In this document: positions 56,336 through 64,000 of the stretch, one piece after another
Numbering within the stretch: the first letter of the stretch is position 1
Layout of the letters: the number at the start of each line of letters is the position of its first letter
Origin: a virus
DNA: 64,000 nt
Virus record (IMG/VR): IMGVR_UViG_3300046820_001584
Coordinates: 1-64,000 of that record
Direction: 5' to 3' (one strand)
Notes under the pieces: generated by a model
The model's input: only the letters and a program-made list of their open reading frames with translations
Told to the model about the DNA's origin: nothing
Databases searched by the model: none
Program-made: the position numbers and the translations under genes

Positions 56336-57150
56336 TATTCATTTTCTCCCTTTATATTAGCAAGATCATCGTAAAGTGTTGGTACACCATTTTCCAAATA
56401 TCTCATGTTTCTTGGATCTTCGTATTTAATTCTTTCCGCTTCCATTTGAGCCCATTTATATGCACCATAAGTTTTTTGATTATTTAGCCATTCTTTTGTT
56501 CCATCGAACGGTGTCATAACAAAGTTTCTTACAAAAAACTTTTCGTTATTTTCAATAGTTTTAACTCCGTGGTAGTATGGCTCTGTAGATGGAAATACTA
56601 AAATATCTCCAGAAACTGGCTTATGATTAATAAGCTTGCCGTCTACAAAAAATTCAATATCTCCTCCATCATAATCGTCATTTATATACATAGTACATGT
56701 TATTGAAAACTTGTCTCCAGGCATATCTTTTTGAGACGTTATGTGGTCTGTATGATACTGCATTGTCATTTTATTATCTAGAGTGTTAATTTGTGGATTA
56801 TACTTTGAATAAGAGCATCCGCTAAATCTCCAGCCTTCTGGCAAATCAATATTGTGTCTTTCTACGTAGTCCATTAAAACTGCATGATAGGCAGCCTCAA
56901 CTTCTTCTACAAAATTCTTTTCTTTAATAAACATTTCATCTGACTGCTGATCATCAGATATCTCCATTGGATTCTTTTTTTGTGTATAAGTGCCAAAGTG
57001 TGCCCATGGATCCCATGTCTTTAAAAAATGCTTGCCCTCTGAAGTTTTTTCAGACTCTTTCATTACTTCGTACATTTTTTGTGGATCAGTAAGAACATCT
57101 CTGTAAACTTCTACATTTGGATAAATCTCTATATAGTTTAATTTGCTCAT
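56335..57150 (-). CDS. 2OG-Fe(II) oxygenase, prolyl-4-hydroxylase-like
   Basis: HTD...YINDDYDGGDI...HGV...KFF. Confidence 0.88.
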   Translation of the reverse strand: MSKLNYIEIYPNVEVYRDVLTDPQKMYEVMKESEKTSEGKHFLKTWDPWAHFGTYTQKKNPMEISDDQQSDEMFIKEKNFVEEVEAAYHAVLMDYVERHNIDLPEGWRFSGCSYSKYNPQINTLDNKMTMQYHTDHITSQKDMPGDKFSITCTMYINDDYDGGDIEFFVDGKLINHKPVSGDILVFPSTEPYYHGVKTIENNEKFFVRNFVMTPFDGTKEWLNNQKTYGAYKWAQMEAERIKYEDPRNMRYLENGVPTLYDDLANIKGENE

Positions 57151-57821
57151 GGTTGTCTTTCTCCTGTATGCTTAGATATCGTCCAAAAGAATGGAGATGT
57201 AAATCGATTGCCAGATTTTACTGGTCTTACCCCGTGAGTATAATACATGTCTCCTGGGAAAAAATATGCTGCTCCTGCAACTGGCTGAAATTCAATTCCA
57301 TGTTGTGGGAAATAAAGCTCTCCACCTTCATAGTCATCGTTAAAATAAAAAAGTCCTGCTAAATCGTACCAAGGGAAATCATTTGGTCTGCCTTTTTCTG
57401 GGCCAGAATGAAATTCTTTATCTGCATGAGGTTCTTGTCTTGCGCCAATTGGCCATTTAACAATTGCTGGACCAGTTTCTTTTGCATCAACGTCAAAAAA
57501 TTTATCTACTTCGATCTTTAGTCTGTCAATCATGCTGTAAATAAGTTCTAATATTGTTGGGTCTGAAGCCCGTAAAGAATTTATAGTGCATACTCTGTCT
57601 TCCCAAACTTTATGGTCATACAGCACAAGCCCGTCTTCGTCAACGTGTGTTTCTGTCACATCCCAAATTTTATTAGAAAGGGCAAAATCCATTAATCTTT
57701 TTCTTTCTTCTAATGAAAGAAAGTCTTTAATTTCTACAATGTTATCTATGGAATTGCCAAAAAATCCAGAGGGTGTAATAGATACTGGTCTGTTGTCATG
57801 CCATTCGTTTTGAGGTTTCAT
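57147..57821 (-). CDS. 2OG-Fe(II) oxygenase, prolyl-4-hydroxylase-like
   Basis: HAD...YFNDDYEGGELYF...HGV...RFT. Confidence 0.88.
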   Translation of the reverse strand: MKPQNEWHDNRPVSITPSGFFGNSIDNIVEIKDFLSLEERKRLMDFALSNKIWDVTETHVDEDGLVLYDHKVWEDRVCTINSLRASDPTILELIYSMIDRLKIEVDKFFDVDAKETGPAIVKWPIGARQEPHADKEFHSGPEKGRPNDFPWYDLAGLFYFNDDYEGGELYFPQHGIEFQPVAGAAYFFPGDMYYTHGVRPVKSGNRFTSPFFWTISKHTGERQP

Positions 57822-57872
57822 TTTATCTTCTTCCCTTGGTAATTAATTTTACCATATTGTCGTTTATAATCT

Positions 57873-58583
57873 TTATTCTTCTTTATTCTTTTGGTTTACG
57901 CTTAGTCTTAATGCTTTTACCTGATGCTTGCCGATGGCATTTTTTAAATGATCTACCGCATCTCTGTAGAAATTAGACCATACTCCAGACCTATTTAAAT
58001 CGTAAATTATCTCAGAATATTTGTCTGAATCAAACTGGCTAGCTGGCATAGTAGACATTGGCTCAAAATTTATTTCTGACCCTTGAAGTGAGGCTAAGTC
58101 AATTGGCAAGATGGCTATAATTGGAGTTCCAGCCTTTATTGTTAAAATTTCATTTGGCTTAGTAATCATCCAGGCTACTGGAAGCTCACCTCTAAAAAAA
58201 GAAGTACTAATTAAAGTTGTAAATGGCACAGCGCCATCAAAAAAGAAATTTGGAACTGGCATAGAAAGAAGACTTAAGTTTTCTTCTGTTTTAAACATAA
58301 GCCCAGTATTAAAGCTTATAGTGCCATTTGCTCTTCCTGAATATGCATACTTTTCGCCAGATAAAATTTTAACATGATCTGGACTTGCATCGCTTACTCC
58401 ATCCCAAATAAAGCTTATGTCTTCTGGGAATGATATAGCCCATCCAAGCTGGTTTGTTAATCCCACTGGAAAACATTTATATGCATGTGCTTCCCAGGTG
58501 TCGTCCATCCATTTTCTTTTTATGGAAAGAGGTTCGACTATTCCGTATCCGTCTCTTATTTCCCAAGCCTTTATATTATGCAT
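57873..58583 (-). CDS. DUF6065-like protein
   Basis: RKWMD.....HAYKCFPV...NQLGW signature; GTPI..ILP C-terminal motif. Confidence 0.7.
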   Translation of the reverse strand: MHNIKAWEIRDGYGIVEPLSIKRKWMDDTWEAHAYKCFPVGLTNQLGWAISFPEDISFIWDGVSDASPDHVKILSGEKYAYSGRANGTISFNTGLMFKTEENLSLLSMPVPNFFFDGAVPFTTLISTSFFRGELPVAWMITKPNEILTIKAGTPIIAILPIDLASLQGSEINFEPMSTMPASQFDSDKYSEIIYDLNRSGVWSNFYRDAVDHLKNAIGKHQVKALRLSVNQKNKEE

Positions 58584-59289
58584 ATGGGTTTTTGCCAGTT
58601 TTGGCGTCTTCCTCTACCCACTTAGATCTCATTTCCATAAACTCTTGTCTGTGTTGATGATCGTTATAATCTAGCATTGTAACAATTGAAAATTTCATTC
58701 CAGATTTTACTGGCATTGCTCTATGAGAGAATAAATATGTTGATGGGAATATGTATAGGTCTCCAGCTTGTGGCTTAATGTCAAGACCTATCTTTGGAAA
58801 ATATAAATTCCCGCCTTCATAATCATCGTTAACGTAAGCTACAAGGGAGACGGTGGCGCTGTAAGAAAATCCATGATCTGCGTGTTCTTGAAAGTGTTGA
58901 CCTTCCCCATAACGAATACAGTTCATAACTTCCCAGTAATTCATTTTTACGTTGTGTTTCGAACAATAATCTTCTACTGCTGGATTTTGAGACTTTTTTA
59001 GGTCTTGCCATAAACTAGAAACTAATTTTTCTGTTTCTGTTCTTGGGTTTGGAATGTCTCCAACTTTAATGTCTTCACAATCTCTATAGTCTGGTCTTTT
59101 TTCGCTGTATCCAACAAAACCAAATGTCCATAAAAATCTAGAGTCGTTGTCTTTAATTGCCGACTCACCAATTTCATTAAGTCTTTCAATAACATTTAAC
59201 TCTTTTTTAATTGCATTTCTATAAACCCAAACTCCTGGGAAAAGCTCTTCTTTTGAAGAAAATTTATATTTATCATTAATGTTATTCAT
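58576..59289 (-). CDS. 2OG-Fe(II) oxygenase, prolyl-4-hydroxylase-like
   Basis: RYGEGQHF..HAD...YVNDDYEGG...FPS....SHRA.PV..G.KFS. Confidence 0.88.
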   Translation of the reverse strand: MNNINDKYKFSSKEELFPGVWVYRNAIKKELNVIERLNEIGESAIKDNDSRFLWTFGFVGYSEKRPDYRDCEDIKVGDIPNPRTETEKLVSSLWQDLKKSQNPAVEDYCSKHNVKMNYWEVMNCIRYGEGQHFQEHADHGFSYSATVSLVAYVNDDYEGGNLYFPKIGLDIKPQAGDLYIFPSTYLFSHRAMPVKSGMKFSIVTMLDYNDHQHRQEFMEMRSKWVEEDAKTGKNPYA

Positions 59290-59296
59290 AATATTT

Positions 59297-59326
59297 ATTA
59301 TAGCATTTAAAAATTCATATTGTCAA
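59297..59326 (-). promoter_or_regulatory. Promoter for the hydroxylase cluster, leaderless
   Basis: TTGACA-18 nt-TATAAT with TG extension, then 7 nt to ATG 59289. Confidence 0.7.
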
Positions 59327-59332
59327 TAAGAA

Positions 59333-59356
59333 AGGGAGCAGATTGACTGCTCCCTC
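59333..59356 (-). terminator. Probable terminator after the FN3-Hint gene
   Basis: AGGGAGCAG/CTGCTCCCT stem followed by TTCTTATT on the minus strand. Confidence 0.65.
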
Positions 59357-59375
59357 TCTTATTTTACGCTTATTT

Positions 59376-60716
59376 CTAGTTTCTAATTATGAACGATTGT
59401 CCTAGAACTAGAACGTCTGGGTCAGTGAAGAATCTATATACTATAGAGGCATCTTCTACTGTATCAATTGACTCTACTGCTAAGTACTTAATATCTTCGT
59501 CAGATCTATAAACTATCTGATCTCCAATTTGCATATCCGCTGGGGTTACAAATTTATAAGTATTTCCTCTAAGTGCTAGAATTTCTTCTTGCAACGAGAA
59601 TCTTGCAGTGGCATCATTATTAACCATGAATGTCTTGTTTTGCAATGTGGCTTGTATTGAGAATATCTTTGACTCAATTACCTTTGAATTACCAAGATGT
59701 GTATCTTCCCATGTTGCTGGGTCGTACTCACCTTCATTTGGCAACTTATCAAATGATAAGCTTATTAGAATATCTCCAATTTTTATATCTTTAGCCATCT
59801 TGTAGCCTGTAGATGTAAGTATTAAAGTGTCTTCATTTATGCAACCAAATCTTGGCGGTGCAAAGAAGCCAGGTGGGAAGAACGGTGGCGCAAAGAAGTT
59901 AGGTGGGAAGAACGGTGGGAAGAATGGTGGGAAGAACGGTGGGAAGAACGGTGGCGCAAAGAAGTTAGGTGGGAAGAACGGTGGCGCAAAGAAGCCAGGT
60001 GGGAAGAACGGTGGCGCAAAGAATGCGGGTGGGAAGAACGGTGGCGCAAAGAAGCCAGGTGGGAAGAACGGTGGCGCAAAGAAGCCAGGTGGGAAGAACG
60101 GTGGGAAGAACGGTGCCTGAGTTGTAATAGTTGCTGTATTAGCTGAGGCTGCTGAACGTCCATTAGCATTGTCTGCATAAACATTGTAATACTGTGATGT
60201 ATTAGCGGCGTCATCAATTGTTGTAGATAACCCTGTTACATTGTCTCTGCTTGTTCCATCATTACCAGCTACAAAATACTTGGTGATTGCTTTTCCACCA
60301 TTTGCTGGAGCTGCCCATGAAATTGTATTCTGGTTAACGCCTGGAGTTGCTGATGGGCTTGTTGGAGCACTTGGAACTGTTGTTGCTGTAACAGCAGAAG
60401 CTGCTACTGCATTTGAATTGCTATCAAGGAAGCCATCATAAGATGATACTGAGAAAGTATAAGATGTTCCTCCTGATAATCCAGTTATTGTAGCGGTATT
60501 TGTGCCAAATGCAACTGTAGCTTTTACTGTTGCGCCGTCATATACCTTGTAACCAGTTGGCGTATTACCATCAACTGGTGCTGTCCAAGATACTGTTACA
60601 GCACCGTCATTAAATGCTCTGTTGGTACCAATATCAGATGCCGTGACACCTGTTACTGGATTTGGTCCAATAAAGTTATCTTGGGCGGAAGATTTTCTAC
60701 CTATATTTTTTGACAT
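59376..60716 (-). CDS. Protein with two FN3 domains, a Pro/Phe repeat tract and a C-terminal Hint (intein-like) domain
   Basis: VSWTAP..G..PTGYKV and ISWAAP.NGG..IT.Y (FN3); (FFAPPFFPPx)n; G-CINEDTLILTSTGYKMAKDIKIGD...IGDQI...VYRF...IIRN-stop (Hint). Confidence 0.8.
   Translation of the reverse strand: MSKNIGRKSSAQDNFIGPNPVTGVTASDIGTNRAFNDGAVTVSWTAPVDGNTPTGYKVYDGATVKATVAFGTNTATITGLSGGTSYTFSVSSYDGFLDSNSNAVAASAVTATTVPSAPTSPSATPGVNQNTISWAAPANGGKAITKYFVAGNDGTSRDNVTGLSTTIDDAANTSQYYNVYADNANGRSAASANTATITTQAPFFPPFFPPGFFAPPFFPPGFFAPPFFPPAFFAPPFFPPGFFAPPFFPPNFFAPPFFPPFFPPFFPPFFPPNFFAPPFFPPGFFAPPRFGCINEDTLILTSTGYKMAKDIKIGDILISLSFDKLPNEGEYDPATWEDTHLGNSKVIESKIFSIQATLQNKTFMVNNDATARFSLQEEILALRGNTYKFVTPADMQIGDQIVYRSDEDIKYLAVESIDTVEDASIVYRFFTDPDVLVLGQSFIIRN
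59853..60117 (-). repeat. 30-bp/12-bp coding repeats encoding FFAPPFFPP(G/A/N) and FFPP
   Basis: Units of GGTGGGAAGAACGGTGGCGCAAAGAAGNNN on the plus strand, mixed with GGTGGGAAGAAC. Confidence 0.92.
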
Positions 60717-60736
60717 TTTATTCTCCTATTTCCCAA

Positions 60737-63217
60737 TTACGCTTTCAAGTCTCCAGCTAACAACCAAGTTGTTGCTGCGACTTTTGTGGCTGTCACTGAT
60801 GAGTTTGTTGTTCTAAGTGTTGCACCTGGTGTTGCAAGAATTGTAACTCCAGATCCAGTTATGTTAGCACCAGTACCTGATGACTGGTAGAAGTTAATTG
60901 AAGAACCAATTGCATACTTAGCATTTCCTGTTGCTTCAAAGCTTACGTTTACTGCTCCTGATAGAGGGACCAATGAGTCTCTTACTGCGGCATCTGTTCC
61001 AAGTGCATCTAATGTTGAGTTAGATGAAACAGCTGTTGCTATTGTTGTAAGTGATGGTACACCAGCCCGTGTTTGAACCTTATCTGTAAATGCTACTCCA
61101 GCTGCTGCAACTGTTACTGTTCCAGTAAATGTTGGGCTAGCGATTGGTGCCTTTGCTGCAAGTCCAGTTGTAACTGTTGAAGCAAAGTTTGCGTCATCAC
61201 CGAGTGCTGCTGCAAGTTCGTCAAGGGTATTGAGTGCTGCTGGGGCTGATGCAATTACTGCATTTACCTGAGCTGTTGCATCTGCAATAGCCTCTGACTT
61301 AGCAGTTGCAATTGCTGAAGCCTGTGCTGTAGATACTGGCTTAGCTGAGTCTGCTGTATTATTAACATTTGCAAGTCCTACTGAAGACTTTGTAAGTGCT
61401 GCTACCGCAGTTGAAACCTTTGTATCTGCTGCTGTTCCAGCTGCAGTAATAGCTTCTGACTTAGCAGTTGCTACATTTGCTGTAGTTGCTAGAAGTGAAG
61501 TATCTGCAATGCCGTGAATGTTTGTTGTATCTGATTCGTGATTTGAAAGTGCTGTAGCTGCTGAACCAAATTGTGACTGCACAGAAGATGAAATTCCATC
61601 AAGATAACCTAGTTCTGTTGAGCTAAGATTTCCAATTGATGTTGTGCTTGGTAGCACTACTGTTCCTGTAAATGTTGGACCATCTAATGGGGCAAGGGCT
61701 GTTAGTGAAGCTCCTAGTCCGTCAATTTTACTTTGAGCAATTGCTGCGGTAGGGCTAATGTCTGCGTTTACAATTGTTTCATTTGTAATTTTATCAGATG
61801 TAATTGCTCCATTTATAATGTTTACTGTATTTATTGAGTTAGCTGCAACCTTTGCAGCAGTTACTGATGAGTCAGCAATCTTTGCAGTGCTAACTGCGCT
61901 GTCGGCAATCTTTCCATTTGATACTGATAAAGCTGCAATTTTGGCTTCAGTTACAGCATTTGTTGCAATCTTAGATGAAGTTACAGCATCTTCTGCAATC
62001 TTCTCTGTAGTGACTGCAAGTCCACCAATTTCATTTGTTCCAACAGAATCATCAGAAAGATGAGACTGGGAAATTGAATTAGCTGCAATCTTTTCTGCAG
62101 TAACTGCATTGAGTGCAATTTTAGCTGTAGTGACTGCATTTGGAGCAATCTCAGACTCTCCAACTGCATTGTCTGAAATCTTAGCGGCTGTAATTGAGTT
62201 GTCTGCAATCTTGGCTGCTGTTACTGCATTTTCTGCAAGATTTGCTGCAACAATTGATCCGTTTGGCAAAACTATTGTTCCAGTTAATGTTGGGTTATTT
62301 AGAACAGATTCTGTTGACTCTAATCTTCCAACTGCTATGGCATCTAATGATCCCTGTGTAAAATCAACTGTGGTTGTAGGCTCTGTTGTAACTCCCTTAA
62401 ATAACTTCCACTTGTCTTCTGAAGCATCACGCACAAATCCAGTGTGATTAAATGTTCCAGTGTTATGACCAGCAACAAAACCTAAGTCAAGCATTCCCGA
62501 CTGGTTTGCTTTTGCCATAAGAAGCATTGTGTCTTCAATCGCAAAGTTTTCGGTGTTAATTGTTGTCATTGTTCCATTGACTGCAAGATTACCGCTAATT
62601 GTAACATCCTTAGCAAATAAGTCTCCAGTTGTTGAAATGTCTGTAGTAAGAGAGCCTAGTGGCAACTCTGACTGTAAAATTTTAGTATTTGAATCTAACG
62701 AAGCAACTCCGCCTGCAGTTCCTCTATCTCCTGTTTCTAGGTATCCTGATAGTGAGCTGTTTAATCCGCTTACTGCAGTGTCAGTGTAATCTTCTGCAGC
62801 AGATATTGCTGCAGCCTGTGCTGCATTTGCTTTAGTAGTTGCATCTGACGCAGCTGCTGCGATTGCTTCTGATTTAGCATTTGCTGCTTTAGTGTTTGCT
62901 TCTGATGTAGCAAATGTTTTTGTTGAAACTACATCTGTGTCTACAGTTATAGTAATTGTATTTGCACCATCGTTATAAGTCTTTGTTAAACCTGCGCCCA
63001 TTGTTAAGGCTGTGTTAATTGCATCTTGGGAAATTTCACCAATTGCTACATCTGAGTTGTTGGCATATGCTAGGGCTGTCCATGTAGCTGTTCCATTACC
63101 AAACTTAAATAAATTAGTGTTTGTTTCAACACCCATTTCACCTGCAGCTAATACTGGATTTGCTGTGGTCCATTCAGAGGCTGTACCTCTTCTTACTTGA
63201 ATTCTTACTGTTGACAT
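60737..63217 (-). CDS. Long fibre/virion protein with Mtd-N-like N-terminus and decapeptide repeats
   Basis: RIQVRRGTASEW...NPVLAAGEMG.ET; many (AVTxxKIAxN) decapeptides; APAALNTLDELAAALGDDANF; ends WLLAGDL. Confidence 0.75.
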   Translation of the reverse strand: MSTVRIQVRRGTASEWTTANPVLAAGEMGVETNTNLFKFGNGTATWTALAYANNSDVAIGEISQDAINTALTMGAGLTKTYNDGANTITITVDTDVVSTKTFATSEANTKAANAKSEAIAAAASDATTKANAAQAAAISAAEDYTDTAVSGLNSSLSGYLETGDRGTAGGVASLDSNTKILQSELPLGSLTTDISTTGDLFAKDVTISGNLAVNGTMTTINTENFAIEDTMLLMAKANQSGMLDLGFVAGHNTGTFNHTGFVRDASEDKWKLFKGVTTEPTTTVDFTQGSLDAIAVGRLESTESVLNNPTLTGTIVLPNGSIVAANLAENAVTAAKIADNSITAAKISDNAVGESEIAPNAVTTAKIALNAVTAEKIAANSISQSHLSDDSVGTNEIGGLAVTTEKIAEDAVTSSKIATNAVTEAKIAALSVSNGKIADSAVSTAKIADSSVTAAKVAANSINTVNIINGAITSDKITNETIVNADISPTAAIAQSKIDGLGASLTALAPLDGPTFTGTVVLPSTTSIGNLSSTELGYLDGISSSVQSQFGSAATALSNHESDTTNIHGIADTSLLATTANVATAKSEAITAAGTAADTKVSTAVAALTKSSVGLANVNNTADSAKPVSTAQASAIATAKSEAIADATAQVNAVIASAPAALNTLDELAAALGDDANFASTVTTGLAAKAPIASPTFTGTVTVAAAGVAFTDKVQTRAGVPSLTTIATAVSSNSTLDALGTDAAVRDSLVPLSGAVNVSFEATGNAKYAIGSSINFYQSSGTGANITGSGVTILATPGATLRTTNSSVTATKVAATTWLLAGDLKA

Positions 63218-63278
63218 TATGCCACCCCTTTAATTTGATATATTGAAATTATAGCATCTAAACTCTTACAATTAAACA

Positions 63279-63641
63279 TCATGCTACTAATGCTCCTGAA
63301 TCGAAAGTCATTCCAAATTCAGTAGTTGAAGGATCTCCTCCAGAAACATATTTACTTGTTCCTGATGGGGTTACTCCATTTGCCTGAATAATATATGTTG
63401 GTTGACCATTATAATCAATTGCTAGACCTACATCCATAAATGAGAGCATAGTGTTCTCATTTGGAATTTCTGAGTACAAAGCTATAGGCTGCCAAGTTCC
63501 ATCAATTTGGACTTGTAGCCTATTTGTTGCTGTATCAAAAGATATCGGGGCTGTTCCTAATACAATACTAGAATCAAACGTTGCCGTTCCAGCTACGTTT
63601 AACCCATTCTTTACTCTAAAGTTCTTATTTACTGTTGCCAT
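63279..63641 (-). CDS. Small virion structural protein (putative)
   Basis: MATVNKNFRVKNGL N-terminal motif; fibre region. Confidence 0.6.
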   Translation of the reverse strand: MATVNKNFRVKNGLNVAGTATFDSSIVLGTAPISFDTATNRLQVQIDGTWQPIALYSEIPNENTMLSFMDVGLAIDYNGQPTYIIQANGVTPSGTSKYVSGGDPSTTEFGMTFDSGALVA

Positions 63642-63672
63642 TTAAGTTCACATATCCCCTAATTGTTTGTTG

Positions 63673-63697
63673 TGGGGGATTTTTAAGGAATCCCCCA
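63673..63697. other. Intergenic hairpin without a U-tract
   Basis: TGGGGGATT/AATCCCCCA stem between two structural genes. Confidence 0.5.
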
Positions 63698-63711
63698 AAA
63701 CCTTTATTTAA

Positions 63712-64000
63712 TTATTTAATTAATGTTCCAGATACTTTAACTGTTGAGTTATTTACTGGTGTAACCTTTACAAGGACATTTGCACCAGATACTTCTGCTG
63801 TAATTGTTCCTCTTGATCCATTAGTTCCGACAATTGCATATTCTGTAATTGCTACGTTATCTGATGCATCTAGTGTTAGTAGTATTTCTGATATTTCATT
63901 GTGTGTTGCATTGTCAATCTTAACAAGAAGCTTGGCTGAACGATAATCTGCCTTTGCCCACTGATAAGCTGTTCCTGCAACAGCTGCTGTTCCATTTGAA
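63712..64000 (-). CDS. C-terminal part of a virion structural protein (start outside the window)
   Basis: Manual translation ...WAKADYRSAKLLVKID...EISEILL...ITEYAIVGTNG...VKVSGTLIK-stop. Confidence 0.7.
   Translation of the reverse strand, partial: SNGTAAVAGTAYQWAKADYRSAKLLVKIDNATHNEISEILLTLDASDNVAITEYAIVGTNGSRGTITAEVSGANVLVKVTPVNNSTVKVSGTLIK

Noticed and set aside
59827-60217. Alternative-frame ORFs with GGKN (plus) and HRSS (minus) repeats; also CRISPR-like appearance
   Set aside because: By-products of the stop-free coding repeat; only the PPFF frame is continuous with the FN3 and Hint domains; no spacers
63100-63217. Diversity-generating retroelement suggested by the Mtd-N-like N-terminus
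   Set aside because: No reverse transcriptase and no template/variable repeat pair seen in this window
1558-63641. Stop-codon reassignment
   Set aside because: Core genes are full length under code 11, TAA, TAG and TGA all end genes, and no suppressor tRNA is present

Overview
This 64-kb window is part of a large, AT-rich tailed dsDNA phage genome with siphovirus-type morphogenesis genes. Nearly every gene is on the minus strand. Reading in transcription direction (right to left): fibre/virion accessory genes (64.0-52 kb), including an FN3-FN3-(Pro/Phe repeat)-Hint protein and a block of five 2OG-Fe(II) prolyl-hydroxylase-like genes plus DUF6065; portal, protease/scaffold, capsid, head-tail genes, major tail protein, frameshifted tail chaperone, a 2934-aa tape measure protein and tail-tip genes (51.9-25.6 kb); a replication/recombination module with DnaB, primase, SSB, DnaE, RecA, Cas4-like nuclease and RuvC (25.5-10.7 kb); terminase; two tRNAs; CHAP endolysin; and accessory metabolic genes with a secreted PA14 protein (8.3 kb to the left end). 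Gene order, extended -10/leaderless promoters and fibre motifs suggest an actinobacterial host; this is inference. The best candidates for a new system are (1) the Hint-terminated, PPFF-repeat FN3 protein next to a battery of prolyl-hydroxylase-like enzymes and a collagen-like fibre, and (2) a tape measure protein with a HipA/PI3K-like kinase domain and other cargo between repeated Gly-Gly motifs. All family assignments come from reading motifs by eye; no database searches were run.
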